A stretch of DNA of 64,000 bases from Rhina ancylostomus (GCA_030265395.1 JARFYF010000054.1:18697729-18761728), one strand, 5' to 3'; shown: positions 25,764 to 38,049, counted from the first letter of the stretch. A program made the numbers and translations. Notes: generated from the sequence alone by a model not told the origin.

Positions 25764-25873
25764 ATCAGAAAGACTATTCACAGCTTTGGAGTCTGGCAGG
25801 AAGGTTGTGGGATGCACCAATGCTTTTCCCAACATATAGGTGGCATATTTCAGGGTTGACACAGATCAATAGC
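25764..25873. repeat. About 110-bp direct repeat, copy 1 (copy 2 at 27634-27741)
   Basis: atcagaaagactattcacag...ggatgcaccaatgcttttc...ggttgac, about 80% identity. Confidence 0.9.
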
Positions 25874-25958
25874 GTGGGTTAATTTCATAATGTGCACTTC
25901 CATCCTTCTCTCATGCACATTTGCTACAATTGACCTCCATTAACTGGCAAACAGTGAA

Positions 25959-26289
25959 GATATTGGTATATTGGTTTACTATTGTCACTTGTACCAAGGT
26001 ACAGTGAAAAACCTGTCTTGCTTGCCGATTGTACATATCAATTCATTACACAGTGCAGTTACATTGGGTTAGTACAGAGTGCATTGATGTAGTACAGGTA
26101 AAAAACAATAACAGTACAGAGTAAAGTGTCACAGCTACAGGGAAAGCGCAGTGCAATAAGGTGCAAGATCACAACAAGGTAGATTGCAAGGTCATAGTCC
26201 ATCTCATTGTATAAGGGAACCGTTTAATAGTCTTATCACAGTGGGGTAGAAGCTGTCCTTAAGTCTGGTGGTATGTGCCCTCAGGCTCC
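25959..26289 (-). mobile_element. Rex1/Babar LINE 3' end
   Basis: ORF 26204-26404 ends SLRAHTTRLKDSFYPTVIRLLNG; 3' UTR with a terminal hairpin and ccaata repeats. Confidence 0.88.
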
Positions 26290-27087
26290 ATTTGGACCCA
26301 TTATCGCAAACCGCTTGAGTGTCAGAAACTGTATTTCCAGTTTGCACTAAGTGATGACAGCCAGGACTCCAATTAGAGTATACTCTTACCATTTGCTTCA
26401 GCAACCCAAGTTAGGTAGAAGAAATGAACCAGAGTTCCAGACTCTAACTCTTATCAGTAAGCCCTACATGAAAGCAGATCTTTGTAGACGGTGGGTTAGG
26501 ATAGGGCATGATTCACTGTGGTACCCTCCACATCTGAATAGCTTGACTGGGATCATATGCAATGCCAAGTCAATGCTTCCAAATGCTCCTGCATTAGGCA
26601 GTACCTTTGGAACAAAACAGGCAATGGAATATTTATCAGCACATTGTCTGATCATCTGCATAATACTAAATTATTCATCACCACATGGAGAGTCATTAGG
26701 AGACCAATAGCAATTATATCCGATTACATGCTAGCATTAGGCAGTCTCTCTCTCTCTCTCAACGAATCAGTTTATCTGACTACAATCAATTAGGAAAGAG
26801 ACTCAGGTATGCTTATAAAACAACCAATAAATGGGAAAAACTGAAATAGTGGAGAACTGCAAAAGGTTACTGCTTTTTTACTGTTACATGTTCATTCTTT
26901 AAGAGCACCTTCAATGTTTGTTACGGTGAATCTATACACACATTGGAAAATGAGGTGTTACATTGAACAAAAAGTGAACCTGTATTATAAGGCATCAAAT
27001 GGAAGGCTTGATATTCCAGATTAACTCTCCCTCAAGGTAATTGTGATTCTTCAAAATTATTTATTTTTTCTCTTTAATAGAAACAGT

Positions 27088-27246
27088 AACTGCTGGAAAT
27101 AATCATCAGGTCAGGCAGTATCTATGGAAGGGGAAACAGAGCTAGCATTTCAGGTCAATGACTCAGAACAGATGACAGGTCAACCACCAGAAACTGGTTT
27201 CTCTCTCCACAAATGCTGCCTGAACAGATAAACAAATTCTAGCATC
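27088..27246. mobile_element. Palindromic Penelope-terminal remnant
   Basis: tgctggaaataatcatcaggtcaggcagtatctatggaag...ctctctccacaaatgctgcctga, an inverted pair of the terminus seen at 35149-35205. Confidence 0.7.
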
Positions 27247-27284
27247 ATTATTGCCACTTGAGCATTTTTGTACCACCTCAGATT

Positions 27285-27428
27285 CCACTATAATCTTTGC
27301 ACATTCTGCTGTTTTGTGTGTGTCATTGTATTATTGCCATGTATACTGCTAACTCTGCAAGTTTCTTGCAAACAAGGAGTTTCATTACACCCTGGTGTAT
27401 ATGATAATGAACTAATCTAATGTAATCT
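27285..27428 (+). mobile_element. Rex1-type 3' UTR fragment
   Basis: gcaaacaaggagtttcattacaccctggtgtatatgataatgaactaatct. Confidence 0.5.
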
Positions 27429-27633
27429 GTGTTCTTGCTTCCAGTCAGATAGCCATCCATTTAGACTTCTGTTTTATGTTTCCAAATCTCAAACACAGTT
27501 TCAATTTTTTGTTAACATTTCACATTTTCCTTTATACAATTTCACTTGCACTGTTCATCTCTCCCAGCCAAGAAAATGAGTCAAGGACAAACTTCCTTTA
27601 AAACAGACTGGAGGAAAGGACACAGCTACAGAT

Positions 27634-27741
27634 ATCAGAAAGACTTTTCACAACTCAGGAGTCTGTCAGAAAGGTTCTTGGATGCACCAATGCTTTTCTC
27701 AACACGTAGGTAACACACTTCATGGTTGACAGATCATTCGC
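27634..27741. repeat. About 110-bp direct repeat, copy 2
   Basis: Homologous to 25764-25873. Confidence 0.9.
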
Positions 27742-28859
27742 ACTAATTTTGCATTAATCCAAGATAATGACAAACATCGACTATTTAATTCATTGCTCAA
27801 TGTATCCAGGTCATCAAATAAAAGGCAATACTCCAGATCTGATCAAAGTCATTGACTTGAAACAATCATATCACAGATGCTGTTTGTCAAGCATTTTGTT
27901 TTTAACAATGTGATATTAACACTGTATCCCATACATTCAATCTCTATCCAGAATAATTAATCTACAGCTCATCTTTCAAAGATGCTGACTCCTAAAGGAA
28001 AGTGTTTTAATTAGAAGTTATAGATCGACTCAGTTAATACTTAAGGTGGTCCAGTTTTAGTTGTGGAGGGATTTGCTCACCCACCAGCTGTAATTAGTAT
28101 TTCAACATTTACAATTTCAGGAACATTTTCTGCCCAGGTCACAAACCATTGTTCATCATGACAACAGTAGTTGAGATAAGCCATTCATTAATTGTCCTTG
28201 CATTGATTCTGTTCCAAAATAAGGTTACTAGAATCTTAAACTCCCTTCATTTACTTGAGCTCTACACTATATGTAATCAGGCTTGGACACCTTCAAAAGA
28301 TTAACATATTCAAATCTGCTTGAATATAACAACAGAAAGATTAAAAATAAATTTGATCAATAATTCAGTGAACACTAGGGGCTACACTCATCTTAAATGT
28401 TCTCTCCCTTAATTAAAACCATAGGCAATTACATTCTCCAAAGGCCATCTCTACTTTTGCTGAAGACAGCATTAGGTAGAAAAACATAATGAGCTTTACG
28501 TCGCAGAGAGGGACACCTCACCAGCATGTTAGAGATTCTGCTGCAGCTCCCAGCTCATGAAAGAAAAATAGTTGCAACACCAGCTAGCAGCATTAGCTGA
28601 TACTGAAAGCAAGGGGACTTGCAGAAATTCAGTGTGTGGAAATACATGAACTGACCGATGAGATTCAACCATTTAACATGATTCACCTTCCAATCCAGAG
28701 AAGCTGATTGGCACTGCATTCACGCACCTCACATCATTAGCAGAGTACTCAAGCACCTAATTACCAGATGCAAATCTGATGATTGTAAAGATACCTGTCC
28801 CCTTCCATATCAACTCCCCAAATTACATTCACTGCCAGGCACACCAGTCTTCCCATCTT

Positions 28860-29150
28860 ACACTACCTCATCACTCCCATCACCTCTGACTAATTCCCTG
28901 CATCCCTCTTCACCACATTCTCAAACCATTCTAAATGCTGCTTTATAGACTTTCCATTTTAAAATCCTCACCCTTCTTTTCCAATTCCTCCATGTTCTCA
29001 TCCCTCCCCATTCCTGTAATCCCACCCTACCTTGAGCATCTATGCTCCTCCATGTCTGGCCTCTTGAAAATCCCAAACTCAATAAATAACCCATCCACAA
29101 TCAACAACTTCCTTTCATCAATCTCTCAAATCCTCCCAAATGTTCCACAC
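28860..29150 (+). mobile_element. L2 ORF2 C-terminal remnant
   Basis: catcactccc (ITP), ttttaaaatcctcacc (FKILT), ctcctccatgtctggcctcttg (SS.SGLL.IP). Confidence 0.65.
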
Positions 29151-29226
29151 AGTGCCGTAGGGAGCTCTCTAACTGCAGATTCCACCAGCACTCTTGTTCC
29201 TAGGAATGCACCTGGAACACTAATAC

Positions 29227-29341
29227 AAGATATCTTTATTAGTCACGTGTACATCGAAACACACAATGAAAAGCATCTTTTGGCGTAGTATTTTGGGGGC
29301 AGCCCGCCAGTGTCACCACGCTTCCGGCACCAGCGTAGCAT
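29227..29341 (-). mobile_element. 5'-truncated Rex-tailed V-SINE
   Basis: aagatatctttattagtcacgtgtacatcgaaacacac...gggggcagcccgccagtgtcaccacgcttccggcacc. Confidence 0.9.
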
Positions 29342-29842
29342 AGTATAAAGATGACCCTACAATTAGTGTCACAATCCACATCTATCCATGAGGCATTTTG
29401 ATAATGAATTAATTGGCAAGGATGAAAATATTGCATTGACAATGTAACAAAGCCAACATTGAGCATTTATTGGCAAACCAAATCCAATTTACTGCATTGT
29501 GTGACAGGAAGAGAAGATCAACTTTTTATGGTTGAACAGTCTTTGTTGATTCATTTCTAAAAGAAAAGTGATGTTGGCATGTATGGAGACTAAAGGGTGG
29601 GTAGCAGTTGAATTCAATGATTTTCTGGAAATAACATCTGCTGGCAGAGGAAGGATGCAATTCAAATTAGGAATCCACTGATGGTCTTTACAAGCACATG
29701 GTTCAATTGGCACCAGCACAAGATCAATGTCCAAGGTGGGTCAAGGCCACACCATCACCAATTCAGAACACGTAACTCAAGCATGGTAATGACAAACAGA
29801 CTGCATCATACACGGCTGAGTTTGGAAACAACCTTGCCATTA

Positions 29843-30243
29843 CAGATCCTCCACGAATTATGAACGCCCAACTAATGGGCAGCCCGTACATAGGAACGAG
29901 CATTTGGAAGACCGGCAGGATGGATTTGCTGGCTTCCGCCAGGTGAGAACTGAGCATTTCTGGATGCCTTCTCTCCCTTAACTCACCCCCACTCCTGGAG
30001 CCACAACAGTCAGGGGCTGGGTCAAATTGAGCAGAGCTGAGCAAACTCACTCCCTCACTCAGCGAGTTAGAGAGGTTAGCTGGCAGCTACTCTCCTCATG
30101 CCTGCTCATACTCCCATCACAGCCATTGATCTCTCTCATGATCCTCTCCCACACAGTGCTGTCGTTCATTTCCCGCTTACAAACAGTTTGGGTTGTGAAC
30201 AGTTCTCAGGAACAGAACCCTATTGTAACCTGGGGACTGCCTG
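29843..30243 (+). mobile_element. Tc1/mariner (Tigger-like) non-autonomous element / MITE
   Basis: Flanked by TA at 29841 and 30244; ends CAGATCCTCCACGAATTA and (reverse complement) CAGGCAGTCCCCAGGTTAC; second copy at 33080. Confidence 0.72.
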
Positions 30244-30249
30244 TATAAG

Positions 30250-30410
30250 CAGAGACTTGTTTACAGAGATCTGTACATCTTTAGGTAATCAGAAATTCAA
30301 GTGATCTAGGGTGTGTATGGAAAAATAATACCAAGATAAAAGACCAGCCATAATCTTATGAGATGGCAGAGCAGGCATGAGATGGCCTACTCCTGCTGTT
30401 TCTTATGTGC
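30250..30410 (+). mobile_element. CR1 3' tail
   Basis: accagccataatcttatgagatggcagagcaggcatgagatggcctactcctgct. Confidence 0.7.
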
Positions 30411-31109
30411 TGTGCCACATGGAATAATGTCTATTATTTTAGTAACATTACAACAAAATGATCTACTGGAGATTATAGTTGTCTGAAAAACAGCAAGCCT
30501 TTATTTATTTCACAATCATACACAGATCATGACTGTGCAAAGCTCCAAGAACACTTTCGACAATAAAACGTTAGATTTTTGTTCAGAGTGGTATATCAAG
30601 GCAAATGTTTAGCAATTTACTCTTCCTTCTAAATGGCTTTGGTACAGTTTATCATTCTGAATTAAATCTAGGGTTTGCTGGTCCTGTTGGCTATTAAATT
30701 AAGCTGCAATATGCAAGGTATGTGTGATTGCTCCAAGGCAGCATTACTGCAGGTGGAGTTACTTCCAGAGATCCAACCCAAAGGTTTTCTTGATAGGCAG
30801 GTAGCCTGAGATTCCAAACATGATTTGAACAATTTAGCCAGTGTAAATGTCTGCACAACACCGATTGTGATATTGCAGAGACTGCTTTGGGTCAAAGTCA
30901 AAAATCATTTAATGTGGACAAATTAAATTTGTAGAGATTTCTTATTTCACCAATAACTCTTGGAGCTGTGTTGCGGCCTCATGAAGCCTTACAGCAAAAT
31001 CCATGATGCAGATATCAGACAAATAAGACGATAACTAAGTGACAGAGAACATGCATGTAAAATGCCTCTCTTGCATTTGAGAGCAGAGAATGGCCTAGCA
31101 GATGAGGTT

Positions 31110-31265
31110 ACATTCTTTCCTTCACCAGTTATCTGGCTATCTCGATGCTGTCCGTGGCTGAGAGATCTTGCCGCATACACTTTTGTTACTAATGTTCCCT
31201 AACATTACAACAGTAAACACATCATCAGGAGAGCACTGAGAACATCAAGTTATAAAAAACACTAC
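31110..31265 (+). mobile_element. Deu-SINE 3' fragment
   Basis: ttatctggctat...gagagatcttgccgcatac...ttccctaacattacaacagt. Confidence 0.5.
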
Positions 31266-33079
31266 TTGACAGTAAAGGAATCATACCGAAGCAGCCTGGA
31301 GCATGCCAGACCAACCCTTCTGAAGGAATCCAAGGAACTGTGAGAATGGGATGCTGGCTCAAGGAAAAACAAATGAAGGCTCAACAATTTAATTTTAACT
31401 ATACATTATAGCCATAATTAACTCTACTGCAGTTACATATTAATGCTGGGTGTTTCAGAATTAAGCATCTAAAAATTTGATTTTTACTCTGTGGTGTAAC
31501 ATGATAACAACCTGTGCTGGATCTTTTTATGTAGTTTAGAGGTTTGATTGGATTCTTTTGGGCAATAGATAATCCTGCATGCCTGACAGGACTTCCACAC
31601 TAGGTTCCAAGGTACCACGATATTCCCATGCCACATGGGGCATTAAGGGAAGCTTAGACAAGGAGCAGCCATTATGAGCTGTCCTGGGAAAATATGGTCT
31701 TCCCAGTGCAATGCCAGACTGGGGTATCTACCAGGCAATTAAATTATTTACCTCTGACCTTCAACCCTGCCAATCACTGAACTCTCCACCTTACCCCAAA
31801 TGACCATTTCTTGATCCTCCAACTTTTTCCCCACCCCATGCCAGCTCTGAGATTCACTCCATTAAAAAAAGTCAGGTCCCAATCCCCTTTCAAACTGTTG
31901 GCCCCCAATTCAAGTCAACAACTGGCCCTCGATCCATCTCACCAACTAAGGTCCTGATGCAATCACTCATAACCTCAGCAAGTTAACACCGANNNNNNNN
32001 NNNNNNNNNNNNNNNNNNNNNAGTGCCGGGGCCACTGACGACTTGCTGATGCACTTATCTAACATGCCTACATGAAAATTTCTCAGTAATTATGCTTAAT
32101 TTTACAAACTTAAGTTTTGAGTTTTTGTCAGTGCAATGGCCCTGCTAACCAAACATTCAAAGACAAGCTTTGTATTTTTCCTCACTTGCCAGGATCAAAT
32201 AATAAAAAGGTGGCCCAGCAGATGGTTAGGAGCCTCAAGAGAGAAATTGTGAAAAGAAATTTGCAACGGATGTCAAAATGTGTGGCTGCAGGCGTGGGAG
32301 GAATAATGGATGAAAGTGCTTCCAATCTTATTTTGGATGATATAATTGATTTGTCTTGATTCTCTTTTATTGATTAGTTTTTGTGATGACATTCAGAATT
32401 GGTTCTTTCAGTAATTTCCAGCTGAGCAAAGCTCCAGCTGTTTTGTTCACACTTTGTAACTCCCACAGTCTGGCTCTATCACTGTCTTACTCTTCGCTGA
32501 TCTACCTCAATATCCAGCAGGGGAGAGGCTGAAAATCTGGAAGTACCAAAATTGCGAAGAGGCACTTATTTTATAAAATTACCAACTAATTATCTGCAGC
32601 TGCTCACAATAAGCAAAGAACGGACGCTAAGTAACGTGCACTAACAAAGTAACGTAGGTACTCAGTACACATGCTGTATTATGTCTCTTTTTATGTATAC
32701 TCGCACGTAGACTAAATATTTCCCATTTCGTTCTCCGCGAAGATCTATTAAATGAANNNNNNNNNNNNNNNNNNNNNNNNNNNNNNNNNNNNNNNNNNNN
32801 NNNNNNNNNNNNNNNNNNNNNNNNNNNNNNNNNNNNNNNNNNNNNNNNNNNNNNNNATTTAAACAAAAACTTTGACATTACAAAGTGTAGGTGTGTGAAA
32901 CTTCATAAAATTGTATTTAATTGTGTTTAACTAAGCATTCGGCTCATTTAGCGCTCAATTAAAGCACAGAATATCAACCACAACATTATAGAATCTGGAC
33001 TTTGATGTTTTATTTGCCAAAATACATTTCCTCTCCTTATACTCTGCCTTCAATGGGATATGTAAATTGGAGTGTAATG

Positions 33080-33297
33080 CAGGTTGTACCTAGGTTATGG
33101 CAGGGCTCTGTTCCTGTGAACTGTCCATATCCCAAACAGTTTCCAAAGTCAAAAACGTGACCGTGGACAGAGTTCCCAGAAGGAAGAAGATGCCTGCAGC
33201 CCAGCAGCAGCCAGCAAATCCATCCCATCAGTCGCCCAAATGCTTGTTTGTGTGCACGGGCTGTACACAAGATGGGTGCAAGCTGAAAGAGGACTTG
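33080..33297 (-). mobile_element. Internally deleted copy of the Tigger-like MITE, opposite orientation
   Basis: Both ends align to 29843-30243 (cagcccgt.ca...catttgg...ggatggatttgctggct; aggaacaga.ccct...taacct); TA at 33298. Confidence 0.75.
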
Positions 33298-33589
33298 TAC
33301 TAGGGCATGAATGAGTGTACATTGAAGATCTATATAGACCATGTGATACAACTTTTGACACATGCCTGTTAGTTGATTATTGACCATTTTCAACTAAGTG
33401 TTCATGTTAGAGTGACACTTTTGCTTACTAATACTGAACCAACACACCACAATCAGTGCACACACCCCAACCCTGGAAGCTACACACAAGGCCAAGGAAG
33501 ATTTTTATGTCAATCTGGAACAAAAGCCCTGTCCACATCCTAGAGGAAGACAAGCCAACTTTGAACTTACGAATCTCTGGCCACAGGAG

Positions 33590-33874
33590 AGGTGTTGGAA
33601 GGGTGACCACTTATAAACTGCGAGTTGCTCATGATGAGGCAAAAGTTCTTTTCACAGTAGATCAAATCTTTGGAACTCCTCCTCAAAATGGCAGTGTTGA
33701 CAGAGTCTATGAATATTTTTAAGACAGGTAGATAGATGCTTGATTAGTGAGGGGTGAAAGGCTACTTTGGACAGATGGCAATGCAGAGTGGAGGTCACAA
33801 CTAGTTCAGCCGGAGTGAAGCAGGCCTGAGGGATCAGGTGGCCTCTCCTACTCCTGAACTGCATGTTCATATGT
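33590..33874 (+). mobile_element. CR1 3' end
   Basis: atctttggaactc...gaatatttttaagacaggtagataga...caggcctgagggatcaggtggcctctcctactcct. Confidence 0.8.
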
Positions 33875-34289
33875 GGTCAAGCTAAAGGCACTGGCAGTAA
33901 TGCAACTTCAAAAGTCTTTTTATTCCAAAAGATCTAGTACCGTACTACCATTTAGCATGTGGGCCGGTTGAAAGAATTCAGGCAAAACTGATAGAAAAGA
34001 CTTAACATTTGAGAAAAGGTGCAACATGCCACTTTGAAGATGATCTTCAAGGATGTGAGACATCCTTGGGCTGTCTGCAGACAGGGCTGCAATTCTGGAC
34101 TGTGGCCATCAGCCACACAAGAATGAACAGTAATGGCTGCAATTCCTTCCTTGTCAGGTCATGTGGTCACAGAAAGCAACTCTGGCCAAAAATTCTTGGG
34201 TCACGAGGATCCACACAACCTGTATGGCTGTAGTAGTAAGCAGCCACAGAGGTGCCTTGCAGGCTGGAGTTCTGCAAGCAGTTTAGACA

Positions 34290-34465
34290 GTCCCAAAAGA
34301 TCAGAAAATCTCCTACGTGTGGCAATCATGCAGCGTTTTAGATTGTGTGTTTTCAACTTCTTGAAAAGTTGTTTCAAAAAGGAGAGACTGGATAGGCTTG
34401 AGTTGGTTTTCCTTGGCACAGAGAAGTCCAAGGAGGACCTAAATGACACGTACAAAATCACTGGG
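34290..34465 (+). mobile_element. CR1 ORF2 fragment
   Basis: ERLDRLELVFLGTEKSKEDLNDTYKI in ORF 34133-34591. Confidence 0.65.
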
Positions 34466-34597
34466 TCTAAATATCAGCAGACCCAACCCAACAGCATCTC
34501 GGAGTACCTTCAGCACACGGACTCCAGTAGTTTAAGGCAAGAGCCGACTGATATATTGTGTTGGGAGCAATTAATGATGAACAATAAATGACAGCAG

Positions 34598-34652
34598 TGC
34601 GATAGTCGTTCAACACGGAAACAGGCCCTTCAACCCACCGTCGACGCCACCC
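34598..34652 (-). mobile_element. CR1/HE1-type 3' tail running into a gap
   Basis: caacacggaaacaggcccttcaacccacc. Confidence 0.7.
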
Positions 34653-35015
34653 NNNNNNNNNNNNNNNNNNNNNNNNNNNNNNNNNNNNNNNNNNNNNNNN
34701 NNNNNNNNNNNNNNNNNNNNNNNNNNNNNNNNNNNNNNNNNNNNNNNNNNNNNNNNNNNNNNNNNNNNNNNNNNNNNNNNNNNNNNNNNNNNNNNNNNNN
34801 NNNNNNNNNNNNNNNNNNNNNNNNNNNNNNNNNNNNNNNNNNNNNNNNNNNNNNNNNNNNNNNNNNNNNNNNNNNNNNNNNNNNNNNNNNNNNNNNNNNN
34901 NNNNNNNNNNNNNNNNNNNNNNNNNNNNNNNNNNNNNNNNNNNNNNNNNNNNNNNNNNNNNNNNNNNNNNNNNNNNNNNNNNNNNNNNNNNNNNNNNTGA
35001 GGGAGGTGGGGGCGA

Positions 35016-35211
35016 CAGTCTGCCCATCACCCCTCCTCACCTGGATCCACCTGTAACTTTGCCAGCTCTTGCTTCCCTCTACTTTTTTATATTGGCCATA
35101 TGTCTTCTGTCTCAATCCTGGTGAAGGGTCTCGACCCGAAACGTTGACTGTCCATTTCCCTCCATAGATGCTCCCTGACCCGTTCAGTTCCTCCAGCATC
35201 TTTGTGTCGTT
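35016..35211 (+). mobile_element. Penelope-like pseudo-LTR / 3' terminus
   Basis: cctcacctggatccacct...gtgaagggtctcgacccgaaacgttgactgtccatttccctccatagatgct...gttcctccagca. Confidence 0.8.
35113..35150 (+). ncRNA. Minimal type I hammerhead ribozyme motif, probably inactive (A6G core change)
   Basis: caatc-CTGGTGA-a-GGGTC-tc-GACCC-GAAAC-GTT-gactg: core boxes, stem II, palindromic AACGTT stem III, stem I caatc/gactg with one mismatch. Confidence 0.6.
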
Positions 35212-38049
35212 CTACTCCCTGGACCACTGTGCTGCCCACATCCCACAATGATTATTCTGTGCAGAAAGCAGAATAATAAGGAGGAGCTAATGTTAATGCT
35301 GATGCAGATTCTGGAGCTGCATTAACAGGAATGAGGGAAGCTGGGTGGGGTTATTGCCATCTGGTGGTTTGATAGTGATAGCAGTTTGTAATCTGGGCTG
35401 GAAATGCAGTGTGAATACAGAACTGCCAGCAGCCAGGTACATAAAACTCATACTACAATAACAAAAGCTTCCTGTTGTTGCCCAGAGCTGTTACCTTGTA
35501 TCAAATTGAAGAATAATCACAGAGATATTACATTTAAGTTCAAAATGGCCTAATACCTGGAGTGGATGCAATAGCAGAACTGAAGAGGCCGTGACTGAAT
35601 GATCATTTGCTTCCTAACCACCTTCTGTAATCTTACCTTCTGATAACAGCTGTATGGTGAAAGTATAACGACCAAAATGAAACAATAATTTACTCAGGGA
35701 GTTTGCAATTTTTGTTCAGCTATGCATGACACAAGTTGCCCATTTCATAAATGATAACTGGCACTCCATTACTGCTCAGCTTGCAAAATGCCAATTACAG
35801 TGCATACTAGAAAGTACAAACCTTTCACTGGAATCTCTTTGATTGGTTCTGTGACCATCTTTTGGGATCCAAACTATGTAGCAATGCGGCTATATCAGAA
35901 AAACACCATCCTACTGCAGTCTCTGCTCAAAATACTTCAATAGTGTTTCTAAAAATAGCCTTGTGGAGGATCTGATGGACAATGTGTGAACAGTTCTGAG
36001 AGACAAGCTGAAAGCTGGGAAAGATTTCACAAGAGGTCTCGTGTCTTTCCTTTCTCTGCCAATTTAATTTAAAGAAACTGAGAAACGTTCTTACAAACCG
36101 AAATATAAAGGTCTTTTCATGGGGAATTACAGTTCAAAGTGAGAGTTAAAATTATTCCCCATCTTTTAATTCTCAGCATGCAGAGAGGACATAACTCCCT
36201 TGGTAGGTATGGAAAGGGAGGGGACGTTATCAAAAGGGTGAAGTGTCAGACTAGTGTGGTGTAGGGCACATAGGAGAGGGGAGTGTATCAGATTCCAGCC
36301 AACACTCGAACAGCCGACCACACACGGGCAAAAAGGCTGCATTCCACCAATGAGCTGGTTTCTGGGGAATGGAATAAGATTAGTTTTCTATATTTGGGCA
36401 GCACCGAATAAATCAGGTTATCTTAAAAGCTTCATTCAGTTACTACTGGGTATGGGTGGTCAAAGTGGAACTCCAAGGCTTCCTGTTGATATTAAAGATA
36501 ACATGGAATTAAAGACCATTCAGCCCATCGTGTGTATTCTCTGCACATCTCTCTGTAAGATTAGTCAGGCAGATTCAACTTAACCCATTGATTAGATCAA
36601 TGACTTGCTAACAGGAGCAGAATTTTTCTCTATTCACATAGATCAAAGAAAATTTAAAGCATGTATAAATCATTACATACATTAGGACAAATGATCTTTC
36701 TTTGCATGCCACCAACATAGTTCTGGCAGTTATATTCTACGTATTGAACATATTTTAGATGAATTAGTAAATTGTGCACAGTCTGTTAGGAGGAATGAAC
36801 TTAATAGGCAAAATGGATTTTCCCTCATGTCATCGTTTTATGTTATTAAAGATGCACCAATCACTTTAGACAAGTGTTATTTGGTTCATTTTCCAGGAAT
36901 TTAAGTTAATATACACAAATCTAATTACAAATTATTCAAGTTCTAACAAATATGACTAGTTTAAATACAAATCTTTTCCTTGGTGACAAATCATTACACT
37001 CTCAAGGGAATGAAAACAATGACATTGGAAATACATGGTACAGAAGGGGATGGAATGTTTTAATGACAGGTAACCAAAACTTTGGGCTGGAATGCACTGA
37101 GGCAGCCTGGCATCCCATGCCTCCGCACTGCAGGTCAGAAGTCGGAAGTACAACAGAGGTCATGTGTTCACGTACTATCCACCCTTCTTCCCTCGACTCA
37201 CTATCAAGTTTATTTGTATCCGAGGTTCCACATGAACAATATCTCAAGAGTAACAATTGACCAGAAGCTCAGCTGGATTGGCCACTGCCTGGCCTGAATG
37301 AATGGAGTAAGGTCACCATTCATTCACCAGGCAGCACTGGCATGAAGACAAGGAGTGGGTTGTGAAGCACATCTGGCCCATCTCTCCAGTACATTAGTGG
37401 TCCAGAATTCAGCACAGAGAAGTGGAAAGTGAGCAGTAGGGATGAGGTCAGACACATCAGTGTCAGACCCACAGGCCATTTGGGCCTTCTGCCTATAACC
37501 AAGATTGTGCGGAAGTTGAAGATAAGCTGAGCCACAAATGGCAGACTGACAGCCCTTCTCTGCGGAATCACAAGTTCTTGTCGACCCAGTATCTCAGAAG
37601 CTGTAAACTGAACTGAGCTTTGTACTCGGCAGCCAATATCCCAATTCTGCTGTGCATTAAGTGTTAGTGACCTTCACTAGTGAGACACATATGATCTCAG
37701 GGTGCTTTGTTGAATAATCTGGCTAACCGTGTCACAGCCATTTCAAGTCCCAGTCAGTCAGCACCATGTCCAAGTCAATAATTCTTTCCACTTTCCTTTC
37801 CCAGACTGAAAGTGGTTCAGAGTTTACAGTCAAGTCCCCGTGTGGAATCTTCTGCAGGAGGAAGTGTTGCAATCCAGGGCAAAACAAAAAATCAGTAGCT
37901 TCTGCACTGGCCCTCAAAATGAGACTCTATTGATAGCTCCAAAGTTGTTTGAAAAAGGGTGGCGAGAGAGAAGAAACTTATCAACACCCACTTAAAGAAA
38001 ATAGACACTGTACCAAATAGTTCCTTCGTAGACAATACCAATAAAAGAA

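Noticed and set aside
30098-33393. Similar peptides (GTEP..NLGT.CI) in two ORFs as a small gene family
   Set aside because: They are translations of the same MITE terminus
35637-35810. Minus-strand exon with good acceptor (tactttctag) and donor (aag|gtaaga)
   Set aside because: Stops in all three frames; at most a non-coding exon, with no further support
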